Made by a program: the position numbers and the translations under genes. Below, piece after piece: positions 34,722 through 43,896 of a DNA stretch of 55,463 nt. Position 1 is the stretch's first letter. Each line of letters begins with the position of its first letter. This stretch comes from Verrucomicrobiota bacterium (lineage in GTDB: Bacteria; Verrucomicrobiota; Verrucomicrobiia; CAIQCK01), in the NCBI GenBank assembly GCA_016219905.1, contig JACRKA010000202.1, positions 1 to 55,463 of the forward strand. The letters run 5' to 3'. The notes below the pieces were generated by a model. The model made no database searches and was not told the origin of the DNA. It worked only from the letters and a program-made list of their open reading frames with translations.

Positions 34722-36062
34722 GTGAAGCAGACAAGAGGTTCCCCGAAGCTGCCCACCGCCCGAAAGTCAGGCCAGATGGTTGTCGCTGCCGCGTGCCTGA
34801 TGCTGGCCATGATCGCGGTCCTGGGCTTGGTCACGGATGTCGGGCTGCTTGAGTGCAGCCGTCTGCACGCGCAACGGGCCGCCGACGCCGCCGCGCAGGC
34901 CGGCGCGCGCGAACTGCTCATGGCCACCGGCGGCATATACGACGAGAACGCCGTCAGCGCCGCGCAAACCTACGCCCTCAAGAACGCGATTCTCTCCAGC
35001 AACGTGACGGTGGAGTTGCCGCCAACCACCAGCGCGCACTTCAACAGCAGCAACCGTTACGTGCGCGTGCATGTCAAGCTGCCGACGCGGACGACGTTCA
35101 TGCGGCTGTTCCTGCGGCTGCCGGTGGTCAACGTGGCCGCCGCGGCGACCGCGGGCGCGGTGCCCTCGCCGATCCCGGTGACGATCCTGACGTCCTCCCC
35201 CCATGCCCCGGCCGCCCTGAAGGTCAGCGGCGGCGGCACATTGAGGATCGTGGGCGGCAGCGTCTATGTGAACTCGGACGACGCGCAGGCGGCCTCGATT
35301 GACGGCTCGAGCACGGTCGAAGCGACGGAGTTCGACGTGGTCGGCGGCGTGGACCATCCCGACCAGATCCAAGGGACCGTGCTCACGGGGATGCTGGCGG
35401 AGTCGGACCCGTTCGCCCAGAGAGTCGCGCCGGAGTTCGTGGATGCCAGCGCGGTGCGTTATCCGGACGGCACGATGGGTTACATCTCGCCCACCAGTGG
35501 CGGCACGGCCTCCAAGCCCGCTTCCAAGAGCGTGAGCAGCGATACGACGCTCTATCCCGGCATCTATTACGGCGGCATCAAGATCACCGGCGGCAATGTC
35601 ACGCTCATGCCGGGCCGCTACATCATGGCCGGCGGCGGCTTCAGCGTCTCGGGCAGCGGCACCGGCATCTCCGGCACGGATGTGTTCTTCTACAACACGC
35701 AGGACCCCTACAGGACCACGGCCGCCGGCGCCTTCGCCGACATCAGCCTGACGGGCGGCGCGAATCTGTTCGCGCCCACCGCCGCCATTGACAGCTACTA
35801 CAAGGGCTTTCTCTTCTTCAACGACCGCAATCCCGACAACACCTCCACCATCAAGCTGGCCGGCCAGATGGCCGTGGGGGACTCCGCGCCCCTGAAGGGT
35901 TACATCTACTCCGCGAACGGCGACGTGCAGATCACGGGCGGCGCCGGCAGCGCCGGCCTGGGCGTCGTCGCAAAGACCGTCACCATCACCGGCGGCGGCA
36001 CTTTGGGTGCCATTGACAAGACCCGCATCCCCAACATGAACATCGTCCGACTGGTCGAATGA
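34722..36062 (+). CDS. TadG-like protein, paralogue 2 (446 aa)
   Basis: Track ORF 34614..36062. I prefer GTG 34722 ((M)KQTRGSPKL...) because GAGAGGTG lies upstream, the paralogue-3 start aligns with it (conserved 'VKQT'), and the predicted sigma-54 promoter lies inside the longer ORF. Confidence 0.8.
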   Translation: MKQTRGSPKLPTARKSGQMVVAAACLMLAMIAVLGLVTDVGLLECSRLHAQRAADAAAQAGARELLMATGGIYDENAVSAAQTYALKNAILSSNVTVELPPTTSAHFNSSNRYVRVHVKLPTRTTFMRLFLRLPVVNVAAAATAGAVPSPIPVTILTSSPHAPAALKVSGGGTLRIVGGSVYVNSDDAQAASIDGSSTVEATEFDVVGGVDHPDQIQGTVLTGMLAESDPFAQRVAPEFVDASAVRYPDGTMGYISPTSGGTASKPASKSVSSDTTLYPGIYYGGIKITGGNVTLMPGRYIMAGGGFSVSGSGTGISGTDVFFYNTQDPYRTTAAGAFADISLTGGANLFAPTAAIDSYYKGFLFFNDRNPDNTSTIKLAGQMAVGDSAPLKGYIYSANGDVQITGGAGSAGLGVVAKTVTITGGGTLGAIDKTRIPNMNIVRLVE

Positions 36063-36451
36063 GAACCTGCAAACACATCCGACAACTGCTCGACGGCCAG
36101 GCGCTGGCCGAGCTGGCCATCATCCTGCCCCTGCTCATCCTCCTGGCCCTCGGCGCCACCGACTTCAGCCGTCTTTACCACCACTTCCAAGCCGTCGAGT
36201 CGGCGGCTGCCGCCGGCGCGCAATACGGCTGCACCAGCGTCTCCCGGGCGGTGGACACCAACGGCATCTGGCAAGCCGCGATGGGCCAAGCCCAGGACAT
36301 CACCAACCGCCACCCGGTTGTGTCTTCATCGGTTGCCAGCAACATGATCAGCGTGACGGTGACGGCGACCTTCTCGACCTGCATCCGCTGGCCCGGCATC
36401 CCCAGTTCCACCACCGTCTCGCGGTCTGCGCAGATGCGCGTCCTGAGATAG
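36059..36451 (+). CDS. TadE-like pseudopilin family protein (E2)
   Basis: 130-aa track ORF with an ATGA overlap with the TadG-2 stop. Its N-terminus is 'DGQALAELAIILPLLILLALGATDFSR'. Confidence 0.85.
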   Translation: MRTCKHIRQLLDGQALAELAIILPLLILLALGATDFSRLYHHFQAVESAAAAGAQYGCTSVSRAVDTNGIWQAAMGQAQDITNRHPVVSSSVASNMISVTVTATFSTCIRWPGIPSSTTVSRSAQMRVLR

Positions 36452-36586
36452 CCGCCCCAAGCTGCGCCGCTGCCCGCCGCCCGCCGTGTTGCGGCCAAGC
36501 GCGGCCTCAATCCATCCATAGTCCACTACATGGACACCCCCATGCCCAAACGGCATGATGAAGCGCCGCGCCCCGCAGTCACAGGC

Positions 36587-36602
36587 TGGCAAGCGCTGTG
36601 CT
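36587..36602 (+). promoter_or_regulatory. Candidate sigma-54 (-24/-12) promoter upstream of TadG-like paralogue 3
   Basis: TGGCAAGCGCTGTGCT has GG at 36588-89 and GC at 36600-01 (12-nt spacing). It lies about 69 nt upstream of GTG 36670. Confidence 0.5.
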
Positions 36603-36669
36603 AATCCATGGCGGTGTCGAAGTTCGAACAGGGAGCGAGTCTGGCAGTCTGGGGAACGAAAGGGCGAAC

Positions 36670-38010
36670 GTGAAACAAACAAGTGGCTTCCTGAAACCGC
36701 TGGTGGCGCAGCGGTCGGGGCAGATGTTGGTGGTGGCGGCATGCCTGATGGTGGCAATGATCAGTTTCCTGGGCCTGGTCACGGATGTCGGGCTGATCGA
36801 ATGCAACCGCCGCCACGCGCAACGGGCCGCCGACGCCGCGGCGCAGGCCGGCGCGCGGGAACTGCTGGCCGGCGCCAGCAGCACCCACACCGCCAATGCG
36901 CTCAGCGCGGCGCAGAACTACGCCTTCCAGAACGCCATCCTTGCCGGCAACGTCACTGTGGAACTGCCGCCGACCACCAGCGCGTATTTCAACGGCAGCA
37001 ACCGTTTCGTGCGCGTGCATGTCGTCCGGCCGACCAACACCACCTTCATGCGGCTGTTCCTGCGCCTGCGGACAGCCAATGTCACCGCCAGCGCGACGGC
37101 CGGCTCCGTGCCCAACCCGATCCCGATCACAATCCTGGCGCTGGATCCCAGCGCTTCGGCCGCGTTGAAAGTCAGCGGTGGCGGCACGCTGCGCATCGTC
37201 GGCGGCAGCGTCTATGTGGACTCCAACAGCGATGTGGCCGCTTCGATTGACGGCGCCTGCACCGTCGTGGCGACCGAATTCGACACGGTGGGCGGGGTGG
37301 ACCATCCCGATCAGATTGAGGGAACCGTCGCCACGGGCGTCGGGGTGGAGCCGGATCCCTTCGCGTCGAAAGTCGCGCCGGTGATTGTCAACAGCAGCAC
37401 CGTGAGTTACCCCGACGGCACGACCGGCAGCACCTCGCCCTCCAGCGGCGGCACCGCCACCAAGCCCGCCTCCAAGATGGTGAGCGGCGACACCACGCTT
37501 TATCCCGGCATCTACTGGGGCGGCATCAAGATCACCGGCGGCAACGTCACCCTCATGCCCGGCCGCTACATCATGGCCGGCGGCGGCTTCAGCGTCTCCG
37601 GCAGCGGCACCGGCATCACAGGCACCGATGTTTTCTTCTACAACACACAGGATCCCTACAAGACCACGGGCGCTGGCGCGTTCGCGGACATCAACCTCAC
37701 CGGCGGCGCCAACCTGCTCGCGCCCACTCTCGAAGCCGACGGCTATTACAAAGGCTTCCTGTTCTTCAACGACCGCAATCCCGCCAACAACACCGTCATC
37801 AAACTGGCGGGCCAGATCGCCGTCGGCGATTCCGCGCCGTTGAAAGGCTACCTCTACACCGCCAACGGCAGTGTGGACATCAGTGGCGGCTCCGGCAGCG
37901 CCGGCCTCGGCGTGGTGGCCAACACCATCAAAGTCACCGGCGGCGCCACCTTGGGCGCCATTGACAGAAACCGCATCCCGAGCATCCCCATCGTCAGACT
38001 GGTCGAATGA
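36670..38010 (+). CDS. TadG-like protein, paralogue 3 (446 aa)
   Basis: Track ORF 36598..38010. I prefer GTG 36670 ((M)KQTSGFLKP...), which is preceded by GAAAGGG. It has the same length as paralogue 2 and is collinear with it. Confidence 0.8.
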   Translation: MKQTSGFLKPLVAQRSGQMLVVAACLMVAMISFLGLVTDVGLIECNRRHAQRAADAAAQAGARELLAGASSTHTANALSAAQNYAFQNAILAGNVTVELPPTTSAYFNGSNRFVRVHVVRPTNTTFMRLFLRLRTANVTASATAGSVPNPIPITILALDPSASAALKVSGGGTLRIVGGSVYVDSNSDVAASIDGACTVVATEFDTVGGVDHPDQIEGTVATGVGVEPDPFASKVAPVIVNSSTVSYPDGTTGSTSPSSGGTATKPASKMVSGDTTLYPGIYWGGIKITGGNVTLMPGRYIMAGGGFSVSGSGTGITGTDVFFYNTQDPYKTTGAGAFADINLTGGANLLAPTLEADGYYKGFLFFNDRNPANNTVIKLAGQIAVGDSAPLKGYLYTANGSVDISGGSGSAGLGVVANTIKVTGGATLGAIDRNRIPSIPIVRLVE

Positions 38011-38396
38011 AAACCAACAATCATAATCCACGGCACTCCGGCCAGGCGCTCGCCGAGATGGCCATCATCCTGCCTCTGCTGCTCCTCATCGCCCTCGGTG
38101 CGACAGACTTCAGCCGCCTCTACTCCCACTTCATGGTGGTCGAGTCGGCCGCAGCCGCGGGCGCGCAATTCGGCTGTATCAGTCCCGCCAAGGCAACCGA
38201 TACCGATGGCATCAGGCGCGCCGCCATGGCCCAAGCCCAGGACATCACCCAACGCCACCCGGTCGTGTCCTCCTCCGTCGCCAACAACATGCTCAGCGTG
38301 ACCGTCACCGCGACCTTCGCGCCCTGTGTCCCCTGGCCTGGCATCCCCCACTCCACCACCGTCTCGCGCTCTGCCCGGATGCGCGTCCTGAGGTGA
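38007..38396 (+). CDS. TadE-like pseudopilin family protein (E3)
   Basis: 129-aa track ORF with an ATGA overlap with the TadG-3 stop. Its N-terminus is 'SGQALAEMAIILPLLLLIALGATDFSR'. By eye it is about 75% identical to E2. Confidence 0.85.
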   Translation: MKTNNHNPRHSGQALAEMAIILPLLLLIALGATDFSRLYSHFMVVESAAAAGAQFGCISPAKATDTDGIRRAAMAQAQDITQRHPVVSSSVANNMLSVTVTATFAPCVPWPGIPHSTTVSRSARMRVLR

Positions 38397-38409
38397 TGCG
38401 CGTCCGTCC

Positions 38410-41010
38410 TCACAGCCACGCCACGCCCTTGTATTTCGTCAACACGCCCCGCTTGAGCTGCGGGTAGCCCGTCTTCCAGAACGCCTCCAGGTCCTGCGTC
38501 GTCTCCAACCGCTTGCCATCGGGCGCGGTTAGATGCACGGCCACGGCCACCTTGCCGTCGCAGACGCGCGGCTGGTCTTTCACGCCGAAAAGGTCGTTGA
38601 GCTTGACCGTGATCGCGGGCGGCCCGTCCTCGTCATAGACCAGCTTGCAGCGTTTGCCGTTGGCCAGCGTCACCGACTCCGGCGTGAGGTCCGCGATGAA
38701 GTCGCGCTGGACGGGGGTAAGGAACTCCCGGAACGCCGGCAGCAGCGGTTTCTCCTTCGCCTCCTTGTAGAGCAACGTGCCCGCCAGCGCGCGACTGAGG
38801 CACTCCAGCTTCGCCGCGTCGTCATAGGGCCGGATTTCCAGTTCGGGGAAAAGCCGCGCCACCAGCTTCACGCGGGCCAGCCACTGGTCCAGTTCGTGGT
38901 TCCACAGCGGCAACTCGATGTTCTCGGCGAGGAATTCCTTCGCGAGCGCGGCAGCCGATTCCTTCGGGTGCGTGCAGTTCTGGTGGGTGTGGTCGAGGAT
39001 CAGGTCGCGGTAACGCAGCAGCCGCACGCAGGCCACGCGCCGCTGGACGCGGTCGTAAAGGTGTTCGGTCTTCTCGACGAGCTGGTCGGCGAACAACTCG
39101 CGCAGCCATTCCAGTTTCACCTCGCTCGCCAGCCCGAGCAACGTCATCTCCTTGCCCTCGCGCGTGGCGATCTGGCGGATCTCGGCCGTCACCAGCAGGT
39201 CGCTCTTCTGCACCACGCTCTCCCGCATCAACGTGCCGGAGCGTTTGCCGGCCACCACGCAGTCCAGCGTGCCTTTGCTGACGCGGCGGGCCAGATGGTC
39301 CACGAAACCGGCCAGCACGCACTTGAGCATGTCGTCGTCGGCGTGCTCGCGGTCCTCGCCGCGGATGCCGTTCTTCTCGCAGAGGTCGAGCAGTTGCTCG
39401 TAGGTGTCCTCGACGTTCGCGGCGGTCAGCGCGTGGATGCCGGCGCGGCGGCAGGCCTCCAGGCTGAAGTTGCGCTGCCGCGCCCACTGGAACGCGCGCG
39501 AGAGCGTGAAAAAGTCGGAGTTCTCGTTGGTCTGGAAAATCTCCAGCATCTCCTTCGCCGACTCGTCCTTCGCGCGCACCATCATATCCCGCCCGCTGAC
39601 CAGCGCGGCCCAAAGCGCGATGGTCCGCACGCAGCCGCGGCGCGACGCCTCGATGAGCATCCGCGCGTAACGCGGATGAACCGGCAACCGCAGCATCTGC
39701 CGGCCTGTCCCGGTGATTCGTCCCGTAGCGCCGGCATCCTTGCCGGCGAATTTCTCTGAGGCGGACTGGGCCGGCAAGGATGCCGGCGTTACAGCACCCA
39801 ACCGCTCCAGCATCTCCAGCGCGGCCTGCACGGCCGCCGGGTCCATTTTGTCGGGCAGGTCGAAGCCGGCGATGTCCTGCACGCCGAGCGAGCGCAACAG
39901 CAGCACGACGCTCGCGAGGTCGGTGCGGTGGATCTCCGGCGTGTTGGTCTTCGGCCGGTCCTTGTGGTTGACGAACGTCCAGAGCCGGCTGCACTCGCCC
40001 GGCGCGGTGCGCCCGGCGCGGCCGGCGCGCTGGTCGGCAGAGGCATGGCTGATCGGCTCGATGCGCAGCGCGCTGATGCCCAGCGCCGGGTCGTAGCGGT
40101 TGATGCGCGCCAGGCCGCTGTCCACGACAAAGCGCACGCCGTCAATCGTCACCGAGGTCTCGGCGACGTTCGTGGCGACGATGACCTTGCGCGACACCGA
40201 CGGCTGGAAGACGAGGTCTTGCTGGTTGGGCGGCAGTTCGCCGTAGAGCGGCAACAGCGCGAGCGGTTCGTGCGAGCGCAGGCTGCGGACGGCGTTGAGG
40301 GTCTGCTGGATCTCCCAAACGCCCGGCATGAACACGAGGATGTCGCCCGGCTTGCCGCTGGCGAGGATGTGCTCGACGGCGTCGGCGGCGACCTCCTGCG
40401 GTGGCCGGCGGTCGGGCGCGTCGAGATGTTTGATGGTGACAGGAAACGACCGGCCTTCGGAGCGCAGGATGGGGCAGTCGCCAAGGAACTTCGCCACCGG
40501 CTCCGCGTCCAGCGTGGCGGACATCACCATTATTAACAGGTCAGGCCGGCGCGCCGCCTGCAACTGTTTGGCAAGGCCGAGCGCGACGTCGCTGAACAGG
40601 TTGCGCTCGTGAAACTCGTCGAACAGGATCGCTCCCACGGAAGCCAGGTCCGGCTCGTCCTGCAACCGGCGCAGCAGGACGCCTTCCGTCATGAAGAGGA
40701 TGCGCGTCTGCGCCGACGCGCGGTCGTCGAAGCGGATCAGGTAGCCGACCTCGCCGCCGAGCGCCACGCCGCGTTCGGCGGCCACGCGCGCGGCCACGCT
40801 GCGGGTCGCCACGCGGCGCGGCTGGAGCACAATGATCTGCCGGTCGCCAGCGTGGCCGTCTTCGAGGAGCATCTGGCAGACCTGCGTGGTCTTCCCGGAA
40901 CCGGTCGGCGCGATGAGCACGAGCCGGTTCTGCTGCCGCCACGCGGCGCGCAGCGGCTCGTGCAGCGTCCAGATCGGCAGCGCGCGGGCGGTTTGGGCGA
41001 GCGATGTCAT
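38410..41010 (-). CDS. hrpB: ATP-dependent RNA helicase HrpB (DEAH-box)
   Basis: 866-aa track ORF with 'APTGSGKTTQ', 'DEFHERNL' and 'SATL'. HA2/OB C-terminal regions and an HrpB-type C-terminal extension are present. Confidence 0.9.
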   Translation of the reverse strand: MTSLAQTARALPIWTLHEPLRAAWRQQNRLVLIAPTGSGKTTQVCQMLLEDGHAGDRQIIVLQPRRVATRSVAARVAAERGVALGGEVGYLIRFDDRASAQTRILFMTEGVLLRRLQDEPDLASVGAILFDEFHERNLFSDVALGLAKQLQAARRPDLLIMVMSATLDAEPVAKFLGDCPILRSEGRSFPVTIKHLDAPDRRPPQEVAADAVEHILASGKPGDILVFMPGVWEIQQTLNAVRSLRSHEPLALLPLYGELPPNQQDLVFQPSVSRKVIVATNVAETSVTIDGVRFVVDSGLARINRYDPALGISALRIEPISHASADQRAGRAGRTAPGECSRLWTFVNHKDRPKTNTPEIHRTDLASVVLLLRSLGVQDIAGFDLPDKMDPAAVQAALEMLERLGAVTPASLPAQSASEKFAGKDAGATGRITGTGRQMLRLPVHPRYARMLIEASRRGCVRTIALWAALVSGRDMMVRAKDESAKEMLEIFQTNENSDFFTLSRAFQWARQRNFSLEACRRAGIHALTAANVEDTYEQLLDLCEKNGIRGEDREHADDDMLKCVLAGFVDHLARRVSKGTLDCVVAGKRSGTLMRESVVQKSDLLVTAEIRQIATREGKEMTLLGLASEVKLEWLRELFADQLVEKTEHLYDRVQRRVACVRLLRYRDLILDHTHQNCTHPKESAAALAKEFLAENIELPLWNHELDQWLARVKLVARLFPELEIRPYDDAAKLECLSRALAGTLLYKEAKEKPLLPAFREFLTPVQRDFIADLTPESVTLANGKRCKLVYDEDGPPAITVKLNDLFGVKDQPRVCDGKVAVAVHLTAPDGKRLETTQDLEAFWKTGYPQLKRGVLTKYKGVAWL

Positions 41011-41058
41011 GAGTGCGACATGATAGGGCGGGCCGGCGTCAGTTCACGGCGAACGGAC

Positions 41059-42612
41059 TCAACTCAAGAGCTGCCGGTCGAGCGAGCGGTATTGGATCGC
41101 CTCGCTGACGTGGTGGGACTGGATGGTCTCGCTGCGGTCGAGGTCGGCGATGGTGCGGGCCACCTTCACGATGCGGTCGTAGGCGCGGGCGCTGAAGTTG
41201 AGCTGGGTCATTGCCATCTGCAGAAGCTGGTGGCAGCCCTCGTCGAGTTTGCAGAACTGCTTCAGTTCGCGCGGCCCCATGCGGGCGTTGCAGAAAACTT
41301 TCCGTTTGCCGGCGAAGCGCTTCGCCTGCACCTCGCGCGCGGCGATGACGCGCTCGCGAAGCTTCTCGCTCGGCTCGCCGGTGGTGTCGCCAGCCATCGT
41401 CTTGTAGGGGACGTTCGGCACCTCGACGTGGAGGTCAATGCGGTCGAGCAACGGCCCCGACACGCGCGAGCGGTAACGTTGGATCGCGATCGGGTTGCAG
41501 CGGCATTCGCGCTTCGAGTCGCCATAGTAGCCGCACGGGCAGGGGTTCATCGCGGCGACGAGCATAAACTCGCTGGGGAACGTCATCGAGCCGACGGCGC
41601 GGGAGATGGTGACGCGGCCTTCTTCGAGCGGCTGGCGCAGGACTTCGAGCGCGTTGCGGTGGAACTCCGGCAGTTCGTCGAGGAACAACACGCCGTGATG
41701 CGCGAGGCTGACCTCGCCAGGCGCGGGCGTCGTGCCGCCGCCGATGAGGCCCGCGTCGCTGACGGTATGGTGAGGCGAGCGGAACGGCCGGGTTGCCACC
41801 AACGCCTGGCCGGGCACGAGCAGGCCCATGATGCTGTGGATCTTCGTCGTCTCCAGCGCCTCCTCCAGCGATAGCGGCGGCAGGACGCTGGCGATGCGCT
41901 TGGCCAACATGCTCTTGCCGGTGCCGGGCGGGCCGACCATGAGGACGTTGTGGCCGCCGGCGACGGCGACCTCCAGCGCGCGCTTGACGCTTTCCTGGCC
42001 CTTCACGTCGGCGAAGTCCACGTCGTAGCTGGCGTGGTCGCGGAAGAGGGCGTCGAGGTCCACGCGGTGCGGGGCGATGTCGGCGTTGCCGGTGAGAAAG
42101 TCGGCCGCTTCGCGGAGGTTGCGGACGGGGATGATGTCGAGGCCGGTGACAACGGCGGCCTCGGAGGCGTTGGGCACGGGCACGAGCAGGCCCTTGAGTT
42201 TCATCGCGCGGGCGCGGAGGGCGACGGGCAGGACGCCTTTGACGGCGCGCACGCCACCGTCGAGGGCGAGTTCGCCGACGAGGGCGTATTGTTTGAGGAC
42301 CTCGCCGCGGAGGTCGTCGAGGGCGATCTGGCCGTCGCCGGCGAGGATGCCGATGGCGATGGGCAGCTCGAAGCTGGGGCCTTCCTTCGGCACATCGGCG
42401 GGGGCGAGGTTGATGGTGACGGTGCCGCGATGGTAGTAGAAGCCGCTGTTCTGGATGGCGGTATAGACGCGGTCGCGGCTCTCGCGCACGGCGGCGTCGG
42501 GCAGGCCGACGATGACGGTGTTGAACTTGCCGTGGCCGGGGCAGTTGGCCTCGATCTCGACCGGGATGGCGTCAATGCCGTGGACGGCGACGGAATGGAC
42601 CTTGGCGAGCAT
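41059..42612 (-). CDS. comM: Mg-chelatase-like AAA+ protein ComM/YifB
   Basis: Track ORF 41059..42678. The real start is ATG 42612 ([21 protein letters not shown]...). It has Walker A 'GPPGTGKS', '[10 protein letters not shown]', and a C-terminal '[18 protein letters not shown]'. Confidence 0.9.
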   Translation of the reverse strand: MLAKVHSVAVHGIDAIPVEIEANCPGHGKFNTVIVGLPDAAVRESRDRVYTAIQNSGFYYHRGTVTINLAPADVPKEGPSFELPIAIGILAGDGQIALDDLRGEVLKQYALVGELALDGGVRAVKGVLPVALRARAMKLKGLLVPVPNASEAAVVTGLDIIPVRNLREAADFLTGNADIAPHRVDLDALFRDHASYDVDFADVKGQESVKRALEVAVAGGHNVLMVGPPGTGKSMLAKRIASVLPPLSLEEALETTKIHSIMGLLVPGQALVATRPFRSPHHTVSDAGLIGGGTTPAPGEVSLAHHGVLFLDELPEFHRNALEVLRQPLEEGRVTISRAVGSMTFPSEFMLVAAMNPCPCGYYGDSKRECRCNPIAIQRYRSRVSGPLLDRIDLHVEVPNVPYKTMAGDTTGEPSEKLRERVIAAREVQAKRFAGKRKVFCNARMGPRELKQFCKLDEGCHQLLQMAMTQLNFSARAYDRIVKVARTIADLDRSETIQSHHVSEAIQYRSLDRQLLS

Positions 42613-42698
42613 GACCTCGGCGCAGATGAAAGCCGCCGCCGCGGGCGGAGTCAAACGCAATTGTTGGCGGCGGCGCACACAGGGGGCACACGCGAAGG

Positions 42699-42728
42699 TT
42701 GACGCCGACGCGGCGTGTCCGCTATTTT
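42699..42728 (+). promoter_or_regulatory. Possible sigma-70-type promoter for tRNA-Phe
   Basis: TTGACG (42699-42704), then an 18-nt spacer, then TATTTT (42723-42728), about 38 nt upstream of the tRNA 5' end. This is a pattern match only. Confidence 0.3.
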
Positions 42729-42766
42729 ACGCGCGCTCTTCGGCGGGGAACAGCCCGCCGGCGGTC

Positions 42767-42842
<76 letters not shown>

Positions 42843-42924
42843 TTCTCAGACGCGCTTTTCGTCAGCGGCCCGCGCGGGCCGGCAGCCTGCGGTTGATGGT
42901 GCACACTCAAACCAAGGAGTTGAC

Positions 42925-43266
42925 ATGACTGAGATCGCTTCACAATCCCCGGTGACCAGGAACTTCCGCTGGGCCGGCCTGGCGTGCGTGCTGATCGGCA
43001 TCGCGATGTTTTTCTACGCGGGACTCCGTTTCATGGAATCCATGACACAGGTGGATGCCGCCCAGAAAAACTATGCGCTGGTCCACGAGCAATGGGACCG
43101 GATCGCCCAGAACCCGGCCCAGAGCGCCAAGCTCGCCCAAGCCCTGAGCAGCAGCACGCACCAACTCGCCCTCACCAACCGCCGCCTCAAGATCGCCATC
43201 CTCGGCCTCAGCGTCCTGCTGGCCGGCGCGGGCGGCATGCTCTGGTTCAGCGGCCAGCGGCGCTGA
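42925..43266 (+). CDS. Hypothetical small membrane protein (113 aa)
   Basis: Track ORF with a strong AAGGAG RBS upstream of the ATG. It has two TM helices ('WAGLACVLIGIAMFFYAGL' and 'IAILGLSVLLAGAGGMLWF'). Confidence 0.6.
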   Translation: MTEIASQSPVTRNFRWAGLACVLIGIAMFFYAGLRFMESMTQVDAAQKNYALVHEQWDRIAQNPAQSAKLAQALSSSTHQLALTNRRLKIAILGLSVLLAGAGGMLWFSGQRR

Positions 43267-43347
43267 ACGGCCGCGGCACCCTCCAACTCCCGCCCGACGG
43301 CCGCTGCCTTGCAAAGCGGCCGGCGTTGTGGCACGCATAAGCCGACG

Positions 43348-43596
43348 ATGGCGCCGAAGAAACCACCCAAACGCAAGAAGGCCGTCCTCCTCGGCCTGGG
43401 CCTCGACAACAAGGACGGCCACAAGCGCATCACGCAGGGCGAGACCTTCGTCCTCCTCGACGGCTCGCAGGAAACCCATGAGCGCATGACCGAGAAGGCC
43501 ATCAAGTTCAACGAGAAACTCAAGCACCGCGGCAAGCAACTCGAGGAGATCAACAAGGACGAGTTCCTCGACATCGCCCACGAAGTGGACATGTGA
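43348..43596 (+). CDS. Hypothetical small basic protein (82 aa)
   Basis: Track ORF 43309..43596. I prefer ATG 43348 (MAPKKPPKRKKAVLLGLGLDNKDGHKRITQGE...). Composition is ordinary and I recognised no family. Confidence 0.55.
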   Translation: MAPKKPPKRKKAVLLGLGLDNKDGHKRITQGETFVLLDGSQETHERMTEKAIKFNEKLKHRGKQLEEINKDEFLDIAHEVDM

Positions 43597-43896
43597 GGCC
43601 AGTGTGTCGGAAAATAATTGACAATGTTTGTTTTGCCTCAGGCATTCTTTCGCGCGTCGTTCGGGAACCAAGGGATTGGTCAACCGCAGTTCTAAAACAT
43701 GGAGGAGTCCGCGGTGAATAGATTCAAGATCGGCAAGTCGGTGCAACGCTCCTGCGCCAGCCAGTTAGCCATCCCCAAGTTTAGCATGGCAGAAATGCCA
43801 AGAATCAGGAGTTGACCCCATGAACTCGTCGAGTCCTCGACTTCAGCCTGGACCGCAACGTGCAGACCGAGCGCGAGAGTGGCAAGAGACATTCCA

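Larger units (their letters stand above)
32789..38396 (+). repeat. Head-to-tail triplication of a ~1.73-kb [TadG-like + TadE-like] cassette (~1.94-kb repeat period)
   Basis: The units are 32789-34521, 34722-36451 and 36670-38396, with start-to-start distances of 1933 and 1948 bp. The encoded proteins are collinear paralogues. In every unit the TadG stop and TadE start overlap in the conserved junction TGGTCGAATGA(A/G)AAC. Confidence 0.85.

Noticed and set aside
30663-38351. Minus-strand track ORFs across the Tad-like cluster (30663..31769, 31712..32839, 32840..33616, 34767..35372, 36601..38031, 37854..38351 and others)
   Set aside because: They are antisense to the paralogous TadE/TadG-like genes, whose conservation across three copies supports the + frame. 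Their composition is Arg/Gly/Asp-rich.
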